Under the pieces are notes generated by a model. That model was not told the origin of the DNA and ran no database searches. It worked only from the letters and a program-made list of their open reading frames with translations. From Myxococcales bacterium (lineage in GTDB: Bacteria; Myxococcota_A; UBA9042): 25,793 nucleotides of DNA. Position 1 is the first letter of the stretch. Every line of letters begins with the position of its first letter. A program made the translations under genes and the position numbers. This document shows, one piece after another, positions 15,926 to 24,305 of this stretch. The stretch is taken from NCBI GenBank assembly GCA_037441385.1, contig JBBISH010000092.1:1-25793 (forward strand). The letters run 5' to 3'.

Positions 15926-18900
15926 CTACGGGAAGCAGAGCATCTTGTAGTGGATGTCGACTTTGTCGCCTTTTTGCGGCACGCACGGGCTGTTCGGCGG
16001 GAAAATTACCGAATTCGAAGCCGAATCGTACTGCCAGTTGCCAGCTTGGCATACGGTCCCGTTCACCTTGACCTCGATGGTCGACGCCTCGGGAGTGCGG
16101 GTCAGGAAGAACTGCTGCGACAGACCGAACGCTACCTGTCCGATGTCCTTGAGCGTATTGGCAAAATTCGCATCGCAGATCGAGCCGACCTTGCCGCCGG
16201 TGTTGTTCGCCACCTGGATGTAGCGTTCGCCCGCCTCGGCGTCGCCGTTGGCGCTGGTGCAACCACCCTTGGGGCCGACGATGGCGTGGAAGTGGAAAAG
16301 GGCCTTGTTGGCCAAGCCTTTGATCGAGTAGAAGAAATTGGTGTAGTACGCGACGGTTGCGGCCGATTGATCTTCCTCGTCGCTCATGACGACGACCTCT
16401 AGGCCGGCCGTCTTGCGCACGAAGGTGCGGTTGGTGCCGCCGCACATGGTGGTGGCCGGATCATCGGCGTTGGGGATGCAGAAGCCGCCGTCGCTCTTGC
16501 AGTCCGCGTCGGTCTTGCAGGCTTTGCTGCTGTCGTAGACGTTGGGCAGCGTGAGCGCCGCCTCGGCCGCGCCCATACCCTGCTCGGTCGACGAGCCGTT
16601 GGTGCCCTGGTTGGCCAACTTCACCAGCAGGGCCGGGCCGCTGGGGGTGGCCGGGGTCACCACGCGGATGCCGCCGCTGGCCTGCAGCTTGCCGGTCATG
16701 GCGCTCGACTCCATGTCGGTGGTGGTCAGGCCAATGTGGTAGTTGTTCTGCCACAGGTCGGCGATCTGTGTGAACGTCTTGAAATTGTTGGCCAGGTTCT
16801 GTTGCTCCTCGCTCATCGACCCCGAGTTGTCGACCACGAACAGCACGTCGACCTGCTTGCCTACGCCTTGCACGAAGGTGTCAGTGAATTCCGTGTCCAG
16901 CGTGCCCTCACCATTGACCGGCACGGTGAACAACTGGCCCGCGCAGAACTCGCCCGCCTGGCAGTCGCCGTTGACGTTGCAGGTCACGCCGGTCTGGACG
17001 TCGGTCGTCGCATTTTGGCACACGCCGGACAGGCTGGTGTAGACCTCGAGCTGGCACTGATCCTTGCCCGTGTTCTGTGGGCCGTACTGGACCTGGAAGG
17101 TCACCGGCTTGGCTTGCGAGATCGGCAGGCCGGACTTGGGGATGGCCGGCCAATTGACGCCTTGCACCTCCAAGCCGCAGTTCTTCAGGGCCAGCTTGTT
17201 CACGTACGCATCGGTCGTACCCGTGTTGAAGACGCTGACGTCCTTGACGGGCGACTTGCAACCCACCGTGACCACGCCAAAATCGAGCTGACCTGGCAGC
17301 ACCGTGACCTGGGCCTTGCCCACCTTGGCCTCCAGATCCGGCTTGGACGTGCTGGCCTTGGCCGTCTCGACCGGGAAGCTCTTGATGGCGCCCGAGGAGG
17401 AGTCCTCGAAGTCGGCGATCAGCAGCGCGGCGAACGGAGTCACTTCGTTGGGCTTGCCCATCAAGAAGCCGAGATCGTCCGGCGCCGCGAAGGTGACCTG
17501 CACCTTGCCTTGCTCGCCAGGCCCGAGTTGGAAGAGGTTGGTCGACGGCGCGCCGGCCGAGAAGCTCTTGCTACCCGTGGCCTTGCACGTCATTGGACCG
17601 GGACCCAGCGGCGGCGGCAGGCCGTTGCCGCTGCAATCCAGCACTTTGACCGACTTGAACACGCACGGGCCCGTGCCGACGTTCTTCAAGATGAGCGGCA
17701 GGGTTTTTTGGGTGCCATAGGGCAGCAGGCCAAAGTTCAGTACGGGCGGGACCAGCGCGACCTTGCAGACCAGACCGTCGGCCCGCTCGGCGTACATCGG
17801 CAGGATCGCCTCGGGTAGGCCCGGATCGTTCGACTTGATGTGCAGTTTGGCCTGTACTTTCTGGTTGATCGGGCCTTTGGCCTCGAACTGAACTTGGAAG
17901 ACCGCATTCTTGCCGGGCTGGATCGTGGCCGGGCCTGGACTGGCCGCGGCGGGAGCGAAGTTGCCGGGAACGATGGTGAACTCGCCCAGCGAGTCGTCGG
18001 TGATCGACACCGGCTCCACGATCAGGTCCGCCGTCCCTTCGTTGAACAACTCGATATTCCGCTTGGTCTTGCCGCCCTTGCCCACGATCGCGAAGTCCAC
18101 GTAGTCATCGGGGGTCAGCAGCAGCTTGGGCGCGTTGGTCTGCGCGAACACCGGCAGGAAGTAGGTTGGGCTGGCCGGGTCGTTGCTCGTGAACACCAGG
18201 CTGGCGACCGGACTGCCATTGGCCGGCAGCGGTACCGCGGTCTTGGCGGTGATGGTGAACACCACGCCGGTGTCGCAGGTCTGGGCCACGTTGGGCGGCG
18301 TGATCGAGGTCGGCAACTTCAGCGAGAACTGCATGTCCTTGAGCGCCGACACCGCCGACACCTCGAGTTTGCTGATATCGAGCTGCGCCAGGCCAAAGTT
18401 GCACACCTTGATGTCGCGGGTGATGGGCACGCCCAGCTCCATCGGACCCAGGTCCAGGCTTTCGGGCGGCACCGTCCCGATGTGCGGGGCGATCTCCGCA
18501 CCCTTGACGTCCACCACGATCTTCTTCTGGTCGGCCGTCTCGATGGTGAGGTGGGACAAATCCGCGTCGCCGCCCTTGGGTGTGTAAGTAAGGGTAATCT
18601 TGACTGTATCTTGCGCCGGAATCGTGTCGCCGGCCTTGGGCGCTTCGGCAATGGCGAAGTCGGGGCTGTCGGTCTTGCTCAAATTGATCGAGCTGATCGC
18701 CACCGGAATGGTGCCCATGTTGGCCACGGTGGCCGTCAGCTTGGCGACCTCGCCGGCCGCGACGTAGCCAAAATCGACCGGATTGGGCTGCACGTTCAGC
18801 ATCGCCATGCCAGGCGAGACGGTGATCGGCACCGGGAACTTGCGCTTGGAGGCTGTGATGTCGTTGTTGTTCAGGTACAGGGTCAGCGACTTCTTGCCCG

Positions 18901-19300
18901 CCGCCTTGGGGGCGTAGCGGACCTTGATCTGCGCCTTTTGGCCTTTTTGCAGCGAGATCGGCTGCCAGTCGACCACGGTGAACTCGTCGGTCGCGGGCTC
19001 GAAGCTGAACGAGTCCACTTTGAGCACGTCGCTGTTGCCCACGTGCGAGATGGTCAGAGCCTGTTCTTGCGAGCCGCCCGGCGCCAAATCCGCGTACTGG
19101 AGCTTGGCCGGCGAGACCGCGATGCGCACGTCGGTGTCCGTGCAGAAGGCGCCCGAGCAAGTGGTCGTGTTGCCGCTGCTATTGGCATCGCCGCCGCTGT
19201 TGCCGTCCTTGGTGTCAGAGCAGCTTGCCGCCAGCGCGCAGCCAATCGTGGCCAGAGCGAGCCACGCCGCCGCGCGGCCAAGACTCAGGGTGGTGCGCAT
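15926..19300 (-). CDS. Large lipoprotein adhesin: about six Ig-like (choice-of-anchor D/ASH-like) domains plus a C-terminal VWA domain with MIDAS (1124 aa)
   Basis: GGAGG RBS; lipobox LAASC|SD; repeated P-x-x-[LV]-DFG / N-x-G / F-x-V-x-[FY]-x-P / SNDP units; VDVLFVVDNSGSMSEEQ (DxSxS at 16817-16831), IGLTTTD, STEQG, MSDEED and GSICD. Confidence 0.85.
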   Translation of the reverse strand: MRTTLSLGRAAAWLALATIGCALAASCSDTKDGNSGGDANSSGNTTTCSGAFCTDTDVRIAVSPAKLQYADLAPGGSQEQALTISHVGNSDVLKVDSFSFEPATDEFTVVDWQPISLQKGQKAQIKVRYAPKAAGKKSLTLYLNNNDITASKRKFPVPITVSPGMAMLNVQPNPVDFGYVAAGEVAKLTATVANMGTIPVAISSINLSKTDSPDFAIAEAPKAGDTIPAQDTVKITLTYTPKGGDADLSHLTIETADQKKIVVDVKGAEIAPHIGTVPPESLDLGPMELGVPITRDIKVCNFGLAQLDISKLEVSAVSALKDMQFSLKLPTSITPPNVAQTCDTGVVFTITAKTAVPLPANGSPVASLVFTSNDPASPTYFLPVFAQTNAPKLLLTPDDYVDFAIVGKGGKTKRNIELFNEGTADLIVEPVSITDDSLGEFTIVPGNFAPAAASPGPATIQPGKNAVFQVQFEAKGPINQKVQAKLHIKSNDPGLPEAILPMYAERADGLVCKVALVPPVLNFGLLPYGTQKTLPLILKNVGTGPCVFKSVKVLDCSGNGLPPPLGPGPMTCKATGSKSFSAGAPSTNLFQLGPGEQGKVQVTFAAPDDLGFLMGKPNEVTPFAALLIADFEDSSSGAIKSFPVETAKASTSKPDLEAKVGKAQVTVLPGQLDFGVVTVGCKSPVKDVSVFNTGTTDAYVNKLALKNCGLEVQGVNWPAIPKSGLPISQAKPVTFQVQYGPQNTGKDQCQLEVYTSLSGVCQNATTDVQTGVTCNVNGDCQAGEFCAGQLFTVPVNGEGTLDTEFTDTFVQGVGKQVDVLFVVDNSGSMSEEQQNLANNFKTFTQIADLWQNNYHIGLTTTDMESSAMTGKLQASGGIRVVTPATPSGPALLVKLANQGTNGSSTEQGMGAAEAALTLPNVYDSSKACKTDADCKSDGGFCIPNADDPATTMCGGTNRTFVRKTAGLEVVVMSDEEDQSAATVAYYTNFFYSIKGLANKALFHFHAIVGPKGGCTSANGDAEAGERYIQVANNTGGKVGSICDANFANTLKDIGQVAFGLSQQFFLTRTPEASTIEVKVNGTVCQAGNWQYDSASNSVIFPPNSPCVPQKGDKVDIHYKMLCFP

Positions 19301-19380
19301 CCGATACCTCCAGCTGTGGCGAATCGTTCGTCGTAACCCGCGCTTTGGGATACTGCCTGTTCTGGGGCCGCAGCTGCGGC

Positions 19381-21594
19381 CTATTCAAGCGACGGCGCGG
19401 GGTACTTGTGGGTGATGAACAACCCAGAGCCGCCTCCGCTGGCAGCGTCGATGCTGGCGTCGGGCCAGCTGATGGTTGCCACGTACCACATGTCGCTCTT
19501 GACCAGATTGGTCGAAGTCACTTCGTACTGCAAGACGCCGTAGATGTAGACGCGAATGGTGGCGACGCTGGGCCCCAGGCCAAAGTCGTTGTAGTAGTGG
19601 ACGCCCACGCTGTAGGTGCGGCCGTCTTCAGGTAGGGTCAGGTTCAGATTCTCGGGGCCGGCGCCATCGGTGTCGTCGCGGTCCAGATGCGGATCGTCAT
19701 CGATGTTCGGGTCATACGAGCCCCATTGCACTGAGTTGCCGTTGCCGCAGTTCAGCCAGAAGCAGTCGTACTGACCTGCGAACCACGGATCCGGCTTGCC
19801 GTCTTTGTCATAGTCCTGGCCGGCGGCGTACTGGTGGGCAAAGTGCAGATCCAAATCCGAGCCGGCGCCCGGGCCCGAGTCGCTCTCGTCTTTGTCGCCG
19901 GGGGTCTTCCACAGCAATTCCACGTGGATGGCCTGGTCAGGAATGACCTTGACGATCTTCTCGGCCGGCGCGCAGCTGGCCTTGCCGGTTGAGTCCTTGA
20001 TCTGCAAGCGGAACTTGTAGTCGCCCGCGACGTTGGGCTGGAACGTAACCGCGGCCGACTTGTCATTGGGCAGGATCAGGCCCACCGAACCCTTGGGCTG
20101 CTCGACGCTCCACTGGAATTCCGTGATGCTGGCGGTCTGGACCGACGCGTAGCTCTGCTTGCCGTCCAGGTGCAGGATCGTCTGCGGCGTCACCGTGTCG
20201 CCTTCCATGATCGTGACGATCGGCACGGGGCAATCCGACGACGCGCCGTAGCCTTCCAGCGTGGCCGTGCTCTTGATGGCGGCGATGTTGCTGGTGAACA
20301 CCAGGTTGGCCTTGTCGGACTCCACGCCGCCGTCCGCGCCCACCTTGGCCAGCGCCGCGGGCGTGTACAGCAAGTTGAGTTGAACCACGCCGTTGACGGG
20401 GATGGTGAGCGGGTTGGCCTGGCTGGGCGCTTGGTTGTTGCCGGCGGCGAAGCTGGCCCAGTCGGGCGCAAAGTTGCCGGCAGCCGGCGAGTCGTCCAAC
20501 GCGATATTCGAAATGACCACCGCCTCGTCGCCACATGACTTGATCTGCAGCGCCTGCTTCTTGGTCTGGCCCACGGTCGTGGGGCCAAAGACCACCGCCT
20601 TGGGGCTGAGGAGCAGGCACGGGCCGGTGGAGTTGACCTTGACGGCCACGCGCTTGATACCGGGGCCGGGCTGAGTCAGCGTGGGATCGTTGGTCTGGAA
20701 GAAGATCTCGGACGAGCGGGGCTTGTCGTCCACGGCGTTGAACAGCATCGAAGCATTGACGATGTCGCCGGGCTTGATGGTCAGCGGCGGGTTGAACTGC
20801 ACCTTGGCGCCAGCGGCGTACTCTTGTCCGGCCAACACGAGCTTGAACAATTCGGCCTCTAGGTTGGTCAGGTCGACCGAGCTGACCACCAGGTCCGTAT
20901 TGCCCAGGTTCAGGACCTGCAGCGGGACGGGCGTATTCGAGCCGACCTGCACGGGGCCAAAGTCGATGACTTCGGGGTTGACCTTGATCTTGGCGGCGCC
21001 GGTCGAGGTGGTGAAGTCGATGCAGTACTTCTGCTTGGCCGTCGAAACGTCGTTGGTGGCCAGGCAGAGCGTCGCTTTGCGGCTGGCGGCGTCGTCGTAG
21101 CGCAAGAAGTGCACTTGCAGCGACAGGATGTTACCCGGCGTCAGGTCCGGAAAGGTCATGGAGTCGCACGGTACGTCTTGGCCATTGGCCTTGCCGGTGC
21201 AGGTAAAGGCGGGCTTGTCGCCTTCCGTCGGCGAGGCGGCGACGTAGGTGAAGGTCGCCTTGCTGATCTTCAGGGCGCCGGTGCTTCCCGAATTGCTGAG
21301 TAGCAGCGGGATGTTGGTCGTGGCGCCGATCTCGACGTCGGACGCGACCACCGGCACCTTGCCGTTGTTGTAGATGTTCGCGTTGGTCTGGCCGTTCTTG
21401 ACCGTCAGCGTCTGGGTGGTGTCCAGGCCGAACCCGCCGCCACTGCCGTTGCCGGTGCCCGTGCCGTTGGAGGCGGTGCCGGAGCCGCCCGACCCGGAGC
21501 AGCCGGCCACCAGGGCCACCAGGGCCGCGGCAGTCAGCTGAGTCGCGGCTGTGAACGGGGCCGTGCGGCGCAGGTCAAAAAGGTGGGGCAACAT
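19381..21594 (-). CDS. Lipoprotein with Ig-like (choice-of-anchor D/ASH-like) domains, a PKD-like domain and a C-terminal YfaP/DUF2135-like domain (737 aa)
   Basis: ATG at 21594 after GGAGG; lipobox LVAGC|SG with a Gly/Ser tether; IDFG/VVFG...N-x-G...TNDP units; LDGKQSY...FQWSVEQP...AGDYKFRL; IHVELLW...DLDLH...LDRDDTDGAGPENLN. Confidence 0.8.
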   Translation of the reverse strand: MLPHLFDLRRTAPFTAATQLTAAALVALVAGCSGSGGSGTASNGTGTGNGSGGGFGLDTTQTLTVKNGQTNANIYNNGKVPVVASDVEIGATTNIPLLLSNSGSTGALKISKATFTYVAASPTEGDKPAFTCTGKANGQDVPCDSMTFPDLTPGNILSLQVHFLRYDDAASRKATLCLATNDVSTAKQKYCIDFTTSTGAAKIKVNPEVIDFGPVQVGSNTPVPLQVLNLGNTDLVVSSVDLTNLEAELFKLVLAGQEYAAGAKVQFNPPLTIKPGDIVNASMLFNAVDDKPRSSEIFFQTNDPTLTQPGPGIKRVAVKVNSTGPCLLLSPKAVVFGPTTVGQTKKQALQIKSCGDEAVVISNIALDDSPAAGNFAPDWASFAAGNNQAPSQANPLTIPVNGVVQLNLLYTPAALAKVGADGGVESDKANLVFTSNIAAIKSTATLEGYGASSDCPVPIVTIMEGDTVTPQTILHLDGKQSYASVQTASITEFQWSVEQPKGSVGLILPNDKSAAVTFQPNVAGDYKFRLQIKDSTGKASCAPAEKIVKVIPDQAIHVELLWKTPGDKDESDSGPGAGSDLDLHFAHQYAAGQDYDKDGKPDPWFAGQYDCFWLNCGNGNSVQWGSYDPNIDDDPHLDRDDTDGAGPENLNLTLPEDGRTYSVGVHYYNDFGLGPSVATIRVYIYGVLQYEVTSTNLVKSDMWYVATISWPDASIDAASGGGSGLFITHKYPAPSLE

Positions 21595-21669
21595 AGGGGC
21601 CTCCAGGGCGGCGGGCAGGGGATAGTGTGCGGGCGGCGCCTTGCCAGGCGGGCACCGGCGAAACGCGAC

Positions 21670-21698
21670 AGGATAGCGAAGCTGCCGTGCTACAGCAA
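21670..21698 (-). promoter_or_regulatory. Sigma70-like promoter upstream of the lipoprotein trio
   Basis: Minus strand reads TTGCTG-17 bp-TATCCT, about 75 bp upstream of ATG 21594. Confidence 0.45.
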
Positions 21699-21830
21699 TA
21701 GAATTCCTCGCTGAGCATGGGCCCAGGTCGCCCTTTGGGGCCGTGAACGGGGGCCAAAACGAGCTGCGCCGCGGGCAGAGCCTTTTACCCTGCGCCGCGG
21801 CGCCAACCACTGCTGTTCAATTCGACGAAA

Positions 21831-22100
21831 TCACTTGAGTTGTCGCTCTTTTGCCGTCTCGATCATCGCCGGGCGGAACGACTTCTTCAGCTTGAGCAGC
21901 TTGTCGAACTTGGCGCGCTTGCGCGATTCGATATAGATCTGCGTAGGCTTCTTGATGTCGCCGTCGATGAGCTGGTCCGAGAAGTCGTAGAACTTCGACT
22001 TTTCCTCCGCGGCCCACACCACGCTAGTACTGGCCAGACTGGCCACGCCCATCAGCAGCGACGTCAACACCGCGCCAAACGCAAGCTTCTTGGTCATCAT
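21831..22100 (-). CDS. gltF: Gliding motility protein GltF/CglF-like (89 aa)
   Basis: AGGAG RBS; signal peptide followed by YDFSDQLIDGDIKKPTQIYIESRKRAKFDKLLKLKKSF, matching the CglF-type D-F-x-D-x-x-I-x-G-x3-KP...F-x-x-L...F pattern; lies directly after gltD/gltE-like genes. Confidence 0.8.
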   Translation of the reverse strand: MMTKKLAFGAVLTSLLMGVASLASTSVVWAAEEKSKFYDFSDQLIDGDIKKPTQIYIESRKRAKFDKLLKLKKSFRPAMIETAKERQLK

Positions 22101-22211
22101 GGCGAACTCCTGAATGGTTGGCGCTGGGCCAGTCTTGAGCGGCGCGGCGGCGCGCCCGAGTTGCAGGCTACTTGCGGCAGGTCCACAGCGCAAGCGCTTT
22201 GACGCGCGCGC

Positions 22212-24275
22212 CTACTTGGGGGCAGGCTCTTTGGCCTGCTTCTCCAGGGTCTTGGCCGCCTCGATTTCCTGGATGCGCGACACGATCGCCACGAGGTTCT
22301 TCCATTTGACGTCCAACTCGTCGCATTTCTTGATGAGCTCGGTCCGCTTGGCGGCAAAATCGGGCCCGCCCTTCTTGGGCGCCGGCGCGGACTTGATCAG
22401 GACCAAAGTGGCCGGCCAGTCGGCACCGGGCTTCTTCAGCGCCACGTGGGCCTTCAGTGCTTCGCGCGCCGCGTCGCGCTCGGCTTTGAGCTTGTCGGCG
22501 GTCGCCTGCGCCGTGTCGGGATCGGTCGCCAGCGCGTCCTTGAGGTACTGCTTCCACAGCGCCACAGCCTTCTCGCCGTTGTTGAAGTGCTTGTACTGGA
22601 TAATCGCAAGACGCACCAAGATGGCGTAGCGCTGTGGGTCCTTGGCCAGCACCTTCTCGTAGTACTCGGCGGCTCGCTTGGGATCGCGGCGACCTTCCAG
22701 GGTCAGCGCGTAGCCGGTCAGCGCTTCCAGGTTGTTGGGCTCCAGCTCCAACGCCTCTTTGTAGACCTTCTCGGCGTCGCGGTAGTTTAGGTATTCCAGG
22801 TAGATGGCGCCCAGGTTCATGCGGGCGGACACCGCGCCGGCACTCAGTTGCACGGCGTTCTTGAACGCCACCACCGCGCGCGGCAGGTCCTTCAAGCTCA
22901 CGTAGGCCATGCCCAGGTTACCCCAAGCCTCGGGGTTGGCGGGGTCGATCGACAGCACCTTCTCTTCCAAAATCCAGCGCGCGATCTCGTACTTGCCTTG
23001 CTTGAGGTTGATCAGACCGCGGATGTTCAGGGCGATGGTGTCCTCGCGGTTGACGCGCAGGGCCAAGCGCAGGAAATCCTCTGAAATTTTGAGGTCGCCA
23101 CTTTCTAGCCAGTACATGGCCAGCGCCACGTTGTTCATGGCGTTGTCCGGGTCTTGGCTCATGATCGAGTCGCAGATCCCCTTGGCTTGCTCGCGGATCT
23201 GCTTGGCTTTTTCCATGTCGCCGGCATCCACGTAGCGGTGCGACTGGGCCAGCAGCGAGCGGGCGATGTAGGCGCTGGCCGAGTAGTGCAGGCTGCGCTC
23301 GCGGTCGTCCTTGGGCTCGATGCCTTTGGCGGTCTCGTAGGCCTTGCGGGCTTCGTCGTACTTGCCCAGGCGCTCCAGGGCCATGCCGAGGTTGAAGTAG
23401 GCCTCGTAGAAACGCTTGTCCGCGCTGGCCGCTTTCTGGAATTCCTGAGCCGCGCTCTGGTAGTCCGGGCCACACTTGGTGCAGCGGCCGTCTTCGGTCT
23501 TGCACGCGCCCGGGCAGCCGTACGCCGTGCACTTGTTGCTGGCGGGGTCGATGTACTCACCCACCTTGCAGGGGCCGGCGCCGTCCGAGGTCCCGCTCTC
23601 GAGTTCCTTCTCGGTGCATTCGCGCGGGATCAGGTCGCAGCCTTCGGAGCCCGGCTTGCAGCGCTGGTACTTGAAGTTGGGCGCGCCGGCCACGGGCTTG
23701 CCGGCCTCGTCGGCGGCGGGCATGGCTTCCACCTTCTTGATCCAGTCGGCGCACCATTTGGGCGGGCTGGTCATCAGCTTCTTGTCGCAGGTCTTGGTGT
23801 CCAGCTCGCAGGCCAGATCGCGGACGCCGGCCACCCATGGCTCGCAAGGCAATTCGATGTCCTTTTCGACCTCTTCTTCCTTGCCGTCTTCGGTCTTGAT
23901 TTTCTCTTTCTTCTTCTCGGTCTTGACGAACTTGGCGCATTGGTCCAGCGAGCAACCGGCCGGATTCTCGATCGCGACCGAGGCGCACTGGTTGGGGCCG
24001 ATGCGTGCGCAGGACTTGCCCAGCGAGACGAAGCCCGCTGGACAGCATTGGCCGTCGTCTAGAATCTGGTACGGATTGCACTTGGGCACCTTGCGCAACG
24101 CCGCGGAAAGGCCAGCGCGCATGGCGTCTTGGGCTTTGTCGTCGATGCCTGGCAGGTACTCTTGCTCGGCCGCAGCGGCTGGCGCCACCAGGCCGTCGGT
24201 CTGGATCATCAGGGTCGCCACCGCCAGCACTGGCAGGGCCCACCCGAACACGAGCTTTTTCATCGTCGTCTTCAT
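22212..24275 (-). CDS. Secreted TPR protein, GltE/AglT-like by position, with an extra N-terminal Cys-rich domain (687 aa)
   Basis: AAGGAG RBS; Sec signal ending APAAAA; about 20 Cys in the N-terminal third; TPR repeats (AYFNLGMALERLG, AWGNLGMAY, ARMNLGAIYLEYLNY); located between gltD-like and gltF-like genes. Confidence 0.7.
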   Translation of the reverse strand: MKTTMKKLVFGWALPVLAVATLMIQTDGLVAPAAAAEQEYLPGIDDKAQDAMRAGLSAALRKVPKCNPYQILDDGQCCPAGFVSLGKSCARIGPNQCASVAIENPAGCSLDQCAKFVKTEKKKEKIKTEDGKEEEVEKDIELPCEPWVAGVRDLACELDTKTCDKKLMTSPPKWCADWIKKVEAMPAADEAGKPVAGAPNFKYQRCKPGSEGCDLIPRECTEKELESGTSDGAGPCKVGEYIDPASNKCTAYGCPGACKTEDGRCTKCGPDYQSAAQEFQKAASADKRFYEAYFNLGMALERLGKYDEARKAYETAKGIEPKDDRERSLHYSASAYIARSLLAQSHRYVDAGDMEKAKQIREQAKGICDSIMSQDPDNAMNNVALAMYWLESGDLKISEDFLRLALRVNREDTIALNIRGLINLKQGKYEIARWILEEKVLSIDPANPEAWGNLGMAYVSLKDLPRAVVAFKNAVQLSAGAVSARMNLGAIYLEYLNYRDAEKVYKEALELEPNNLEALTGYALTLEGRRDPKRAAEYYEKVLAKDPQRYAILVRLAIIQYKHFNNGEKAVALWKQYLKDALATDPDTAQATADKLKAERDAAREALKAHVALKKPGADWPATLVLIKSAPAPKKGGPDFAAKRTELIKKCDELDVKWKNLVAIVSRIQEIEAAKTLEKQAKEPAPK

Positions 24276-24305
24276 GGTTTTGCGGACTCCTTTGCGCTGG
24301 GCGGG

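Noticed and set aside
15926..19300. Calling the VWA lipoprotein cglD or cglB
   Set aside because: The stalk is ASH/Ig-like rather than TSP3/EGF-rich; orthology cannot be supported without a search.
21595..21830. Remnant of gltG after gltF
   Set aside because: No FHA, transmembrane or TonB-C-like coding signal; the region reads as a promoter-containing spacer.
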